The notes beneath the pieces are model-generated. The model made no database searches. It was not told the DNA's origin and saw only the letters and a program-made list of their open reading frames with translations. From the NCBI RefSeq assembly GCF_032444005.1, contig NC_091285.1, positions 137,826,001-137,890,000 of the forward strand: a stretch of 64,000 nucleotides of DNA. Reading direction: 5' to 3'. This document shows, piece by piece, positions 49,381 through 61,748 of this stretch (the first letter of the stretch is position 1; each line of letters starts with the position of its first letter). The DNA is from Ranitomeya imitator. Its lineage: Eukaryota. The position numbers and the translations under genes were made by a program.

Positions 49381-49410
49381 CGGTGTTTCTCTAGCTCATT
49401 GTGAACTGAC
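49381..49410 (-). CDS. MXD3: MXD3 coding exon 3 (30 bp, basic region)
   Basis: (R)SVHNELEKH(R), with TTTTCAG acceptor and GTGAGT donor. Confidence 0.95.
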
Positions 49411-49866
49411 CTGAAAATACATGAGGAAACAGTCTGACTAGTGAGCAGGAACATTATCGACAAAAATGTGTTACTGGAGAGGAACATAACATGAGAAAAG
49501 CTGGCCATTAGTGATGAGCCAATGTGCTTGGGTTATGTTCGAGTCCCCGCGACTGCATGATTTATGGCTGTTAGACAGCCTGAACACATGTGGGGATAGC
49601 CTGTTTGATAACACATTATCTAAGCACTTTGGCTCATCACTAATGGCCATCATGGGCTCACATCTTGCTGCTTACAGAAATAGATGAATTGGATTACTAC
49701 AATGTTACTATGTAGCCAGCTAAAAGCCCTGAAAGGCTCTTCTCTTCTGCTCACCCATCCTGAACATAACTTCCTTGATAATGGGAACAATGAAATAGTT
49801 TCTACCCGTATTTTCCGTTGGCTGTAGATAATGTTGAATAGCTGCTGCCTGCCATCAGACTCTTAC

Positions 49867-49963
49867 CTAACATTGTCCGGGTTGCTGGTGGTCCTCTGCC
49901 GTTTTCTCCTGCCGGGTGCAGCAGTATCACAGGGTAATATGGAAGCGTAGCCGTGTTCTGCTT
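49867..49963 (-). CDS. MXD3: MXD3 coding exon 2 (97 bp)
   Basis: EAEHGYASILPCDTAAPGRRKRQRTTSNPDNV, with TACAG acceptor and GTAAGA donor. Confidence 0.95.
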
Positions 49964-50699
49964 CTGTAATGAGAGGATCAGTAAGTCACCAATAGCCCAT
50001 CCACTATCATATGCTCTGCATCTCATGAATACCATGTATTAGGTAGAATTTAGTGATGAGCAAGTATGCTCGTTGCTCAGGTTTTCCCGAGCACGCTCAG
50101 GTGGTCTCCAAGTATTTGTAACTGCTCAGAGATTTCGTTTTTGCTGATGCAGCTGCATGATTTACAGCTGCTAGCCAGCCTGAGTACATGTGGGGGTTGC
50201 CTGGTTGCTAGGGAATCCCCACATGTATTCAAGCTATCAGCTGTAAATCATGCAGCTGAGGCAAGGAAAACTAAATCTCTGAGCATTTACAAATACTCGG
50301 AGACCACCCGAGCATGCTCTGAAAAACCCAAGCAACGAGTATACTCGCTCATCACTAGTAGAATTACTAGGTGAACAGAGTAGAACACATTTACTACTTG
50401 TAAAACTGCACCAGGGTCAATCCATTTCAAGTGATCCAAATCAATTTTTTTTTTTACTGGATATCTTAGGATATTAAATTTCCTTGGTGTTTACTTTAGT
50501 GAATTAAAAATAATAAGCTTTGAATTTTTACCTCCATTAGTCAATTTTTTTTCAAAACTACAAAAACATGAACTTTGGGCTTGTATGACATTTCATTTAT
50601 TATATCTCAAGCTAGAATTAAGAGAAAGATGGGGGATGCCACATTTTGTTCAGAATTGTACAGGCATTAATATGATAGGTCACAAGACTATGTTGATAG

Positions 50700-50701
<2 letters not shown>

Positions 50702-50772
<71 letters not shown>
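50702..50772. repeat. (TA)n microsatellite
   Basis: About 30 TA units. Confidence 0.97.
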
Positions 50773-50774
<2 letters not shown>

Positions 50775-53187
50775 TTATATTTTTAGGAGTCAAATTCAAA
50801 ATTTTGATGGGTGACTGAGGAAAAACTATATGTTATAAATTATTCATAAACTGCAGGTGTTACTTGTGTTCTTGGTTACACTTGTTCCGGGACTCAAGTT
50901 GTGATCTCCATAGGATCATATTTTGAAGCATGATTTTATAATGCAGTCTTATTCTAATCATGTGTTTCATGCTGCATTTTTAAAAAAATATATATATTTA
51001 ACAACTTTTTAAATATACATGTAACAATTCTTTATTTTATTATTACTCCGCTAGTCATGTCCCTTTTCACCTTTTAGAAAAGTACAGCAGTTACGGTAAA
51101 TCATAAAGCTATAAAATAAAACAATTAATAGTAACGCTATACAATGAGCTTTTAGCACCAATCTGTCCATCCTACTGCGTGACACAATCTTGTCCACAAT
51201 CTCTTACTAACAATGGCGGTTTCCTTGTGTCAGAGGATGTCTGGCTGTCATGGGGTTTGGTTTCACCGGAGTTAAGATCTAATTTTTGGTTACTTTTATA
51301 ATGTCTGGTTGTATTGGATGCACAAGGGATGGACCAGAAGGTCCAGGAATGTCACTTCTATTTCTTCATCGTAATCTTTGGACAGTCCATTAGCCAGTTA
51401 GCAGTGCAGATCACATTCACAGGTCACATAACCAGATGTGCCATCCATTGCCAAACTTGTGCCACCTTCAATCACTTCATGGACTTCACTCTTATTTTCT
51501 GAATGTATTTATTTCTGTTTCACTACTATGTGGTTTTGTGGAGTCCATGTGATGGGTTCTGCCTTCAGAATCCAATGTTTTACCAAACTCTCCTCTTCGC
51601 AGTCCTGGTTTGTACAGTACATGAACTGGATGTAAGGAATAGTTTTCTCCCTCCAGTTGAATAGTTGCACGATTTGGTATGACTACAGCCTCTGGACGAT
51701 AGCTCAAGCTGCAAGGTGTTTCACAGTGCCTACTACACCATTGCCATGAGCGGTGGCAAAAAAAAAAAAAAAAAAAAAAAAAAGGGCCTTTCAGCTTCCA
51801 CTCCAAAATCTTTCTTGTGACGCATACATTTATAAGATTTTTCCTATCTTTACACTGTGCAGAAGAGACATCTGAGAAGTAGTAGACCTTGCTCAAACTT
51901 TGGAGAATCTCATTTTTTATCACTGAAATCAATTATTTTTGGAACTGAACAGCTATTGAATCATAAAGTAAGCACTCTGATCATAGCTACACTTTCGTAT
52001 CATATTTCTGACTGTAAGCAGAGCCGGCTTATTACTATTCAGCTAAGCAGACAACTGGCCCAACAGGGCGTTGGGGGAGGCACTGCACAAGAGAGACCAC
52101 GCAGGGTCCAGCCCATGAAGAGCGGCACTGATGAGGCTTTATTCAGGGCAGCAAACAAAATAAGGGGTGTATCGGGACGTCTCAGCCCCCTCCCCTACGA
52201 TGACTCTTCGTTTCAGGGCGGAAAGAGGAGTGACAGCAAATGACGATTTGTTTTAGTTTCCCATCATGCACTGGGATTCTCATTCGAATTGTCATAGGAA
52301 GTGACGACCCTATGTTGCAGTACAGAGTGAATGGTAGGGAACATTTCCATGACTTGAATTACAAAACTTATTAGTTTTTAAAGATTTATTAATTGCTATT
52401 TACATTTGGGTTTCAAATTAACCCTTTAAGGACCATCAGCTGGTAACAAAAATGTTTTACAAAGTCCTCTGCACTTTTAGAAATAGTGTCAAAAAGTCCA
52501 TCTGTCTCCAGATATCCATTGTTTATAAGTTATACCATCCTACCATAGCCTCTTTGAAATTATTTAGTATTTTTTCTTGGAGAGCCATTCCTGGAGGAAA
52601 ATTTTAGCAGAAATCTTTTCTGGGCACATTGTGTGAGACACATCCTTTGTAATTCCCAAGGATGGAATCGTCAATGTAGGTTCTGGTGTGCGGTACATAC
52701 GCATGCCGACTGTGCAACACAACCACCAGCCAGGACACAATTCTAAGGTCGCAGGGCAACACATTTTGAAAATACTATTTTGGCAAAAGTTGAATTAAAG
52801 AAAAAAAAAAATCATGTATTTTTCAAATTGGCAAGAAGCGGCCTCTTTTGGACATGAGTTTTCTTACCATTCACTTTCATATACACAATCTTTCTTGCCG
52901 GGTATAGTTCAGCTCACATCATCACTATTTTAAAAACCTCTCTCTGTATCCTCTATAGATTTACCTAGTGATGTGTGTGGTTTAAGATCCTGCAGGACAA
53001 GTCATTAAACTTTTTTTTTCTTTAATTTGGAAACTATAGACAGTACACTTTCAGACCACAAGCTGATTAATGGCACCACTAATGTCCCACAAAAGACTAA
53101 GCCGTTGTATGCTTAAGGAAAGTAAAAACTTATGGTTCTTGTAAGGCAAGCAAAATCCAAAAAACTGGCTGCATCCTCAAGGGGTAA

Positions 53188-53898
53188 GGCTAAGTTCCCA
53201 CTTCCGTTTGGCTGGTCTGCATACGTCCTCTCTTAAGCTCTGCCTACTTCCGCATGCGTCCTGCGTACCTATCTTTAACATTGGGTGCGCAGGGACATGC
53301 ATTGTATGCGGATGCATCCGCATGCGGCATTCTGATGTGCCTGGCAACCGCACAGGAACGCAACATGTGTTCCCGTGCGGTCGGCGGGAATGTCAAAACC
53401 CACATGCGTCCGCATACAACGCATGTCCCTGTGTACTCAATGTTAGGCTAGGTTCCCATTGCGTTAATGGGACCGCGCTAACGGACAGCATTGCACGGCG
53501 AAATTAACGCCGTGCAACGCGTCCGTTAGCGCGCCCATTAACAGCAATGGGGACGCGCATCACTAGCGCGTGCCATTTTCGGCATGCGCTAGCGATGTGC
53601 CGGTGTTTTGTGGCGCGCCGCGGACGCTGCTTGCAGTGTCCGAGGCGCGCCCGCGGTCCGTTCCCCGCTCTCACAGATCGGAGATCTGCGAGAGCGGGGA
53701 CGTTTAACGCGACCCCTTTACAACACATTGCGTTAGCGCAATCCGCTAGCGCTAGGTGCTAAACGGATTGCACTAACGCAATCTGAACCTAGCCTTAAAG
53801 ATAGGTACGCAGGACGCATGTGGAAGTAGGCGGAGCTTAAGGGAGGACGTACGCAGCCATACGCTGACCAGAATAACGCAAGTGTGAACCACCCGGCC
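53188..53898. mobile_element. Harbinger-type MITE with a second MITE (53446-53794) inserted at a TTA
   Basis: CAATG-TTA-[GGCTAGGTTC...GAACCTAGCC]-TTA-AAGATAGG, giving a duplicated TTA. Confidence 0.8.
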
Positions 53899-54055
53899 TT
53901 AATGGGGTTTTTCTAGTGGATGACTGAAGAACTAGTCTTCTCACTGTAGAACATCTAGGACATAGAGAGATGTGCAAAGCACCCACATTGCCTTGGTTAA
54001 AGAGGATCTGACAAAAATGCCGCCACTGCTCCCCTCAGTATTGAGGCTTTGCCTA

Positions 54056-54325
54056 GCACGGTAGCTCAGTGGTTAGCACTGCAGCCTTGCAGCGCTGGAG
54101 TCCTGGGTTCAAACCCCACCAAGGACAACATCTGCAAGGAGTTTGTATGTTCTCTCCGTGTTTGCGTGGGTTTCCTCCGGGTACTCCGGTTTGCTTCCAC
54201 ATTCAAAAAGACATACTGATAGGGAATTTAGATTGTGAGCCCCATCGGGGACAGTGATGATAATGTGTGCAAACTGTAAAGCGCTGCGAAATATGTTAGC
54301 GCTATATAAAAATAAAGATTATTAT
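54056..54325 (+). mobile_element. tRNA-derived V-SINE with an L2-like tail
   Basis: A box TAGCTCAGTGG (54062) and B box GGTTCAAACC (54106), V-domain GTTTGTATGTTCTCTCCGTGTTTGCGTGGGTTTCCTCCGGG, tail TGTAAAGCGCTGCG...AATAAAGATTATTATT. Confidence 0.85.
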
Positions 54326-54564
54326 TTTTAAACCCGCCGTATGGGTCCAGAGATATAGGCCTGATTATTGAGTGATCTTAATGGTCTCTAAAAGGGGGCA
54401 GGGCTCTCTGGTGACGCATCTTTTGGCTGCTCTGCATTATGACCCTGCGAGACACGCACCTTTGGTATAGATTTGTAAAATTATTATTATAGCACCATTT
54501 ATTCCATTGCACTTTATATGTGAGCACTAAATAAAAATAAAAAAAAAATCTTTCTGCAACCTCA

Positions 54565-56395
54565 GGATGGGGGCATGTGCCATCTGATGGTCCCTGGCAG
54601 CATTGATCAGGCCACACAGGAGGGGGGGGGGCATGTGCCATCTGATGGTCCCTGGCAGCAGTGATCAGGCCACACAGGAGGGGGGGGGCATGTGCCATCT
54701 GATGGTCCCTGGCAGCAGTGATCAGGCCACACAGGAGGGGGGGGGGCCATGTACCATCTGATGGTCCCTGGCAGCAGTGATCAGGCCACACAGGGGGGGG
54801 GGGCATGTACCATCTGATGGTCCCTGGCAGCAGTGATCAGCCACACAGGAGGGGGGGGGGCATGTACCATCTGATGGTCCCTGGCAGCAGTGATCAGGCC
54901 ACACAGGAGGGGGGGGCATGTACCATCTGATGGTCCCTGGCAGCAGTGATCAGGCCACACAGGAGGGGGGGGGGCATGTACCATCTGATGGTCCCTGGCA
55001 GCAGTGATCAGGCCACACAGGAGGGGGGGGGGCATGTACCATCTGATGGTCCCTGGCAGCAGTGATCAGGCCACACAGAAGGGGGGGGGCATGTACCATC
55101 TGATGGTCCCTGGCAGCAGTGATCAGGCCACACAGAAGGGGGGGGGGGCATGAACCATCTGATGGTCCCTGGCAGCAGTGATCAGGCCACAGGAGGAGGG
55201 GGGGCATGTACCATCTGATGGTCCCTGGCAGCAGTGATCAGGACACAGGATCGGGGGGGCATGTACCACCTGATGGTCCCTGGCAGCAGTGATCAGGCCA
55301 CACAGGAGGAGGGGGGAGCATTTACCACCTGATGGTCCCTGGCAGCAGTGATCAGGCCACACAGGAGGAGGGGGGAGCATTTACCATCTGATGGTCCCTG
55401 GCAGCAGTGATCAGGCCACACAGGAGGGGGGGGGCATGTGCCATCTGATGGTCCCTGGCAGCAGTGATCAGGCCACACAGGAGGGGGGGGGGCCATGTAC
55501 CATCTGATGGTCCCTGGCAGCAGTGATCAGGCCACACAGGGGGGGGGGGCATGTACCATCTGATGGTCCCTGGCAGCAGTGATCAGCCACACAGGAGGGG
55601 GGGGGGCATGTACCATCTGATGGTCCCTGGCAGCAGTGATCAGGCCACACAGGAGGGGGGGGCATGTACCATCTGATGGTCCCTGGCAGCAGTGATCAGG
55701 CCACACAGGAGGGGGGGGGGCATGTACCATCTGATGGTCCCTGGCAGCAGTGATCAGGCCACACAGAAGGGGGGGGGCATGTACCATCTGATGGTCCCTG
55801 GCAGCAGTGATCAGGCCACACAGAAGGGGGGGGGGGCATGAACCATCTGATGGTCCCTGGCAGCAGTGATCAGGCCACAGGAGGAGGGGGGGCATGTACC
55901 ATCTGATGGTCCCTGGCAGCAGTGATCAGGACACAGGATCGGGGGGGCATGTACCACCTGATGGTCCCTGGCAGCAGTGATCAGGCCACACAGGAGGAGG
56001 GGGGAGCATTTACCACCTGATGGTCCCTGGCAGCAGTGATCAGGCCACACAGGAGGAGGGGGGAGCATTTACCATCTGATGGTCCCTGGCAGCAGTGATC
56101 AGGACACACAGGATGGGGGGAGGGGCATGTACCATCTGATGGTCCCTGGCAGCAGTGATCAGGCCACACAGGAAGGGGGGGGGGGGGCATGAACCATCTG
56201 ATGGTCCCTGGCAGCAGTGATCAGGCCACAGGAGGAGGGGGGGCATGTACCATCTGATGGTCCCTGGCAGCAGTGATCAGGACACACAGGATGGGGGGAG
56301 GGGCATGTACCATCTGATGGTCCCTGGCAGCAGTGATCAGGACACACAGGATGGTGGGGCATGTGCCATCTGATGGTCCCTGGCAGCAGTGATCA
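54565..56395. repeat. About 58-bp G-tract minisatellite in MXD3 intron 1, about 32 copies
   Basis: Unit CATGTACCATCTGATGGTCCCTGGCAGCAGTGATCAGGCCACACAGGA(G)n. Confidence 0.97.
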
Positions 56396-56702
56396 GAGGG
56401 GGCAGCCTGTTACCCCTGGGATGTGGGGCCCTTCTCATCTGGTGATACATAATCTCCATGGAGACTATGGATGTCTGGTGAAGATGGAGCCATTCTGGCC
56501 CATGCCAGGTCAGGGTGGACAGGCGAGGCTTGATGGTGGCACAGGCCTCACTAATGACAGGTGTATGCGGTGGGCAGGAGGATGGGCACACAAAGGGCTG
56601 CCATAGCCCCGACCATCAGCTGTGTCATGTTATCCGCCCTCCATAGTGAAGTAAACAGGGAGGAGGGGAGGCCGTGAGCTCTGCCCCAGCCTTGCTCCTT
56701 AC

Positions 56703-56772
56703 CTCTCTCCCTGCGCTCCACATACTCGGCCGCCTGGAGCAGGACCTGCAGGTTGGTGGGCAGCTGCTCCAT
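56703..56772 (-). CDS. MXD3: MXD3 coding exon 1 (70 bp, Sin3-interaction domain)
   Basis: MEQLPTNLQVLLQAAEYVERRER, followed by a GTAAGG donor. Confidence 0.96.
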
Positions 56773-57300
56773 CGCCGGGCTGGACGGAGATCTGGCGCGG
56801 TCACTGCCCGGGCCTACCCCGCTTCTCCTGCACTGCAGCCGCGCCGTGTGGACAGGAAGCTGCGGAGCTCGGAGGCCACAGACACGGAGAGTCCCGGAGA
56901 TCTGGGCCCGTCCGCTTACAGCCAGGGGTCTGCTCACTATTTTCCTACACAATGTACCGAAGACCAAGCAGTCAGCTGGCTCCGCCCCGACACGCCCACA
57001 CGTCGCACACCCACTCATGCTATGCCCGCCGCTCCTGACAAGCCCCGGTGGCCGTGGTGCCCGTTCCCTACATGCCCGGGAGCCCGCACAGCCGAGGCTC
57101 CTGTCTCCAAGCTTGGTTGGGTATTGAAGACCCCAATATTCCGTTATTACAAAGCTTCCTGAAATGGGCGGAGACTACGGGATGATGACGATGATTGGCC
57201 GAGAGAGTGGTGGGTGAGGCCAAGACGAGTGACGTCATCGGGGATAACAACAGAATCAGGCGGGAACGAGGGATTCTTTCAAATTTCAAATTCCTCCATT
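56773..57300 (-). promoter_or_regulatory. MXD3 5'UTR and CpG-rich promoter
   Basis: GC boxes, CCAAT at about 57194, CRE TGACGTCA (57230-57237), E2F-like GGCGGGAA (57259-57266) and tandem TTCAAA (57278-57290). Confidence 0.65.
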
Positions 57301-57324
57301 TCAGTGCAGGAACAATGGTGGCCG

Positions 57325-57561
57325 GCCTGTGCGAGGGAGGTGGGCACCTATATAGCCCGTGTGAGGGAGATGGGCACCAGCCTGGCTTGTGTGAGGGAGG
57401 TGGGCACCAGCCTGGCCCGTGTGAGGGAGGTGGGCACCTATATAGCCCGTGTGAGGGAGATGGGCACCAGCCTGGCTTGTGCGAGGGAGTTGGGCACCAG
57501 CCTGGCTTGTGTGAGGGAGGTGGGCACCAGCCTGGCCCGTGTGAGGGAGGTGGGCACCGGC
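57325..57561. repeat. 30-bp minisatellite, about 8 copies
   Basis: Unit GTGAGGGAGGTGGGCACCAGCCTGGCTTGT with variants. Confidence 0.93.
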
Positions 57562-58069
57562 CTGTTCTCACTTTCATCTCTTTAGTCAGAAGCTGCGCAT
57601 CTCCAGCCCAAGTTTTACCTCACAATTCATAGTCCTGGTATTCCCCAGCACTTCACAATACCAGTGGGGCAGAAGAATGGTGAGGGGGGAAGAAGTGCAC
57701 ACAAAGCCGCACATGAGCCACTAATCAAGTTGAATGTGGGCAGACAGTGATAAAGGGCAATCAGTGAGGCCAAAATTGTGGAATTACCAGCACTTGTGGC
57801 CAAAACTCAGAGTGCTGCGTAACGTGATTGAACAGGCGACACTGCGAGCTACCAGATGGCACGTCGCGAAAAGCCGGACCTGGTTGAATTTTTCGTGACT
57901 TGCTTGTCGCTGGATATTACAGGACACAATGTGTTCCCAATCACCTACATTATGCCGCAATGTAGCCGCGTGCGTGGTGATCTTTCACCACGTGTTCATG
58001 TCGCCTTTGCCCAAAGGGATGAATTCTGTTCTGTCCCCACGAGGCGAATGGAGGTGGGGTAGGCTAATA

Positions 58070-61000
58070 GGTGTTGTGAGAGATTCGTACCTTCAGTTTT
58101 CCTTGATGTAGGGCAGACAGGACCAATGCTGTTCAGCGTCCGGAGAGATGATGCATACCAGGGATTGTGCAATCCAGACTTATTTGGAAATCTGGACATA
58201 CAGCGTAGAATGGTATACAGTAACTTCTCCAGAGTTGATTCAAGTACAGCAAGTGTATTAGTGACAGTAAGTGAGCAGCAAGAGGTCGAAAGACTGATGC
58301 CTTCCTAAGCCCGGTTCAAGCGTGTCCTCTCATAACAGCATGTAAACTAAAAATGAAATGGCTGCCAGAGGAAGAGAAGACTTGACCACTGAACTGGAAG
58401 TGGAAGACATGCCCACAAGAATTAATAACAAGCTGCCATATGGAAAAAGGCCATTGAGTGGCAGCAGAGCAAAAATGTAAGAACATACATAGCATGAAAA
58501 CACACAAAAACCGAAGAGCATAACTTACACGGAACAGCACAAATTCTAAAGAATAACAGGACAGAAGCCAATTACTAGACTGTGATGGGCCAGCCTAAAG
58601 ATGGTGTTTGGCCTCTCTAGATGTGTGGAATTACTTGGATTACAAACATTTCAGAGACGTAGTGGGCATAACTTACACGGAACAGCACACTCCCCGTCTG
58701 AAATTCCGTAAGGGATTTCACTATAATAATGTCCTTGAAATAAAGTCCAACAGCCTAAAAAATGAAAGCAAACATGCATGCAATGCAATAGCAACAACTT
58801 CAAACAAGATAAATGAAAGTCTTTAAGTCAGTTCCTGAGATAATCCAAAGGAAACCCATCTTCGGATCAGAGAAGCTGCACTAGGCCAAACTATCTCCGA
58901 CCCAACTGCAATCCAATGGGCAAGTACTAGTGCAGTGTTCTGTTCATAGTTTATCCTACCGGAATGTCCTTAGTAGAGTGGTTTTTGGCAGACGTGCCAA
59001 CCATGACAGCCTTTGTCTCCATATGAGTTGTGATAAGATCTCGCAATGTGGACTAACCTTGTGATAGTCTTGACGAGTTTCTTCCACTTGGAGAAACGTT
59101 TGAAGCACTGGCAACCGAGGGTGGAGGTTGGTTTAGCGTTCGTGGCCAGAGCACTGCCCTGGGAGCGGACTTCTGGATCATCATCCGGATCCTGGATGCT
59201 GAAGACGTCCTGGAAACATTCACTTCCCTTCTGTTACAGCAGAAACTTTGGACCTGAAAGCCAAGAAGAGTTAGCAAAAGACATAGACATAGGTCTAGTG
59301 GCATGGTCGGCTGGATTAAGTTCAGAAGGGATATAGTGCCACTGTTCAGGTTTGGAAGACCTTTTTATTCTCTCGATGCGGTTACTGACGTACTCGTAGA
59401 AGTGCCTTGTTTGGTTGTAGATGTAACCTATGACAACGGTACTGTCATTGTAGTATTGTACGTCATCTATGCCGGTGTCCAGCTCATGCTGAATAAAGTC
59501 TGCGAGTTCTACTGCAAGCACGGTCCCATAGAGTTCAAGCCTGGGAATAGTGTGGTCAGGCTTGGGAGTCAACTTAGCCATGCCGAAAAAGAACCCAACA
59601 TGATCTCGATTGTCGGATCCCGTCACCTTCAGGTAGGCAACAACTGCAATGGCCTCCGTGGATGCATCCAAGAACAGATGGAGTTCCGTCCTAGTGCTAG
59701 CAGCAAGTGAGATTCCGGCATAGCATCTCGGTATGTGGATTTCATCCAAAGCACACAAAGACTGCTTCCAGGTTTCCCATTTCGGTTCCTTATCAGGAGG
59801 GAGCGGGGCATCTCAGTCCTTGACGGTTTCGGAAAGCTGTCTCAGAAGGGATTTACCTTGTATGGTAATTGGTGTTACGAATCTCAGTGACTCATATAAG
59901 CTATTTATCACTGACAGGACACCATGGTTTGTCTGCACAGTTGATTTAGAAACCGAAGGCGTCGGCTGACCGGTTCCACCTCAGGCCTAAGCTTCTCTGC
60001 ACAGGCAGACGGTGTGGTCCCAGGTCTATGTCCTTGAATCCAGGTGCGTGGTCACGTGACTCAAAGGCTCTCATGACAGCCGGGCTGTTTGAAGCAATTT
60101 TGTGCAGTCTAAGCTTGGCTTGGTACAGCATACATTGGGTCCTTTTAAGTAAGTCGATTGCCGCTTCTTCTGTGGGTGGAGAATTTAGTCCATCATCTAC
60201 GTAAAAGTCTTTCTCTACAAAGTTTCTGGCGTCTGTTCCATATTCGGACTCTCCTTGTGTGGTTCTCCGCAGGCCATAGGTTGCCAGTGCGGGTGAAGGG
60301 CTGTTCCCGAATACGTGCACCCGCATGCGATACTCCACCATCTCTTTGCTGGGGTCATTGTCCTTGTACCAAAGGAACCTGAGGAAATTCCTGTGGTCCT
60401 CTGAGTATGAAACAGTGGAACATCTGTTCAATGTTGGCGGTGATGGCAATGGGCTCTTTGCTGAACCTCATCAATACTACTACTTGGTTGTTTGTCAGAT
60501 TAGGACCTGTGAGGAGGACATGATTGAGAGATACGCCTTGATGTTTGGCGCTTGAATCAAAGACAACTCTAATTTGCTTAGGTTTTCGAGGGTGACATAC
60601 TCCGAATGAGGGTAGGTACCAGCACTCCTCGTTTTCCTTTAAGGGAGGCACTGGCTCCGCATGGTTGTTATGGAATATTTTGCCCATAAAGGTAAAGATG
60701 TGTTCTTTCATCTCCGGCTTGTTGCTTAGTGTGCGCTGGAGAGAGTTGAATCTGAACAAGGCTTGTTCACGATTGTTCGGGAGCCTTACCCTGGTAGCTC
60801 TGAAGGGTAAGGGAAAAACCCAGTGACTAGTGTCATCCTTAAGGAACTCATTGTCCATTATCCTGACGAATTCCTTGTCTTCCATAGACGGGGCTACTGT
60901 GTTGTCATCCTTAGTGGTACGAAACACCGATCTTCCCAAGTCGTCTGCATAGGGAGAAGGGATAACATCAGGCAGCTGTACGGGATCTGGAGGCTTTTCC

Positions 61001-61168
61001 TTCACCTCATAGTGATGGAGACATGGTTTGCAGAAAGTAGTGCGTCCGTCCTGGCGTACGTAGGTCTTAAAGGAAAAGACACCTGCTCGGTCCAAGCATA
61101 CCTTTCCTATGACTACCCACCCCAAGTCGAGTCTCTGGGCGTAGGGGGCGTAGTCAGGACCATTACAT
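58070..61168 (-). mobile_element. BEL/Pao LTR retrotransposon remnant (pol fragments, integrase largely missing, 3' LTR about 58070-58687)
   Basis: APYAQRLDLGWVVIGKVC; WYLPSFGV.HPRKPKQIRVVFD; ANIEQMFH; FGNSPSP; FYVDDGL; LHLFLDAS; IPRLEL; WHYIPSELNPADHATR; PPT-like CAGACGGGGAGTG followed by TG at 58687. Left LTR boundary uncertain. Confidence 0.85.
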
Positions 61169-61748
61169 TGTATCAGGATCCTGTCAGCACCGGCGCACTG
61201 CCACAGCTGAACAGGGTGACATCCACACTGCGGGAGAGCCCGAGGTCAGATGCCACAGAGCAAAGCTCAGGCAGATGGGACCTGAGCAGCGTGCTCAGTA
61301 TGACAGAGAACAGAAGGACATACGATCATGTGACCACAGGGGGCGGAGCTTAGCGTCCTGCTGCTGGAGATAAGTGCAGGATTCTACAGGGAACCGGAAG
61401 TAGAGGAGAGGGGAACTCAGGTCGGACAGACGGTTGTCATACACGGAAAGGGCGGCGCGATACAGAAGGGGCGAGCAGAGAATAGTCAGAACGTAAGCAA
61501 GGAGTCATACACCGAGATAGCAGCGCAGTACAAGAGGGACAGGCAGAAATCTAAACCGGGTCAGAACCAGACAAGCATAAAGTAGCACAGGCAAAACAGG
61601 GTCACACACACTCGGCCAAGGGTCAGAGTATATGCGACGAGGAATGAGCAAACAATGAGGCTATAAGAAGCCTCCCAGAATCACATAGTGAGGCCGTCCA
61701 GATTAACCTCTGAACTGTCTAATCCCACAAACTATGCAGATCATGATA
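61169..61748 (-). mobile_element. 3' LTR of a Gypsy element (about 580 bp) inserted into the BEL pol gene
   Basis: Follows the PPT GAGAGGGGG and ends in CA at 61169. BEL coding sequence resumes immediately after it. Confidence 0.7.

Noticed and set aside
54056-54125. tRNA gene
   Set aside because: A and B boxes are present, but there is no convincing cloverleaf and the sequence continues into a V-domain and LINE-like tail, so it is a SINE head.
58520-58689. 22-bp direct repeat ATAACTTACACGGAACAGCACA as a separate element boundary
   Set aside because: Most simply a partial duplication of the BEL LTR start. It cannot be resolved without the family consensus.
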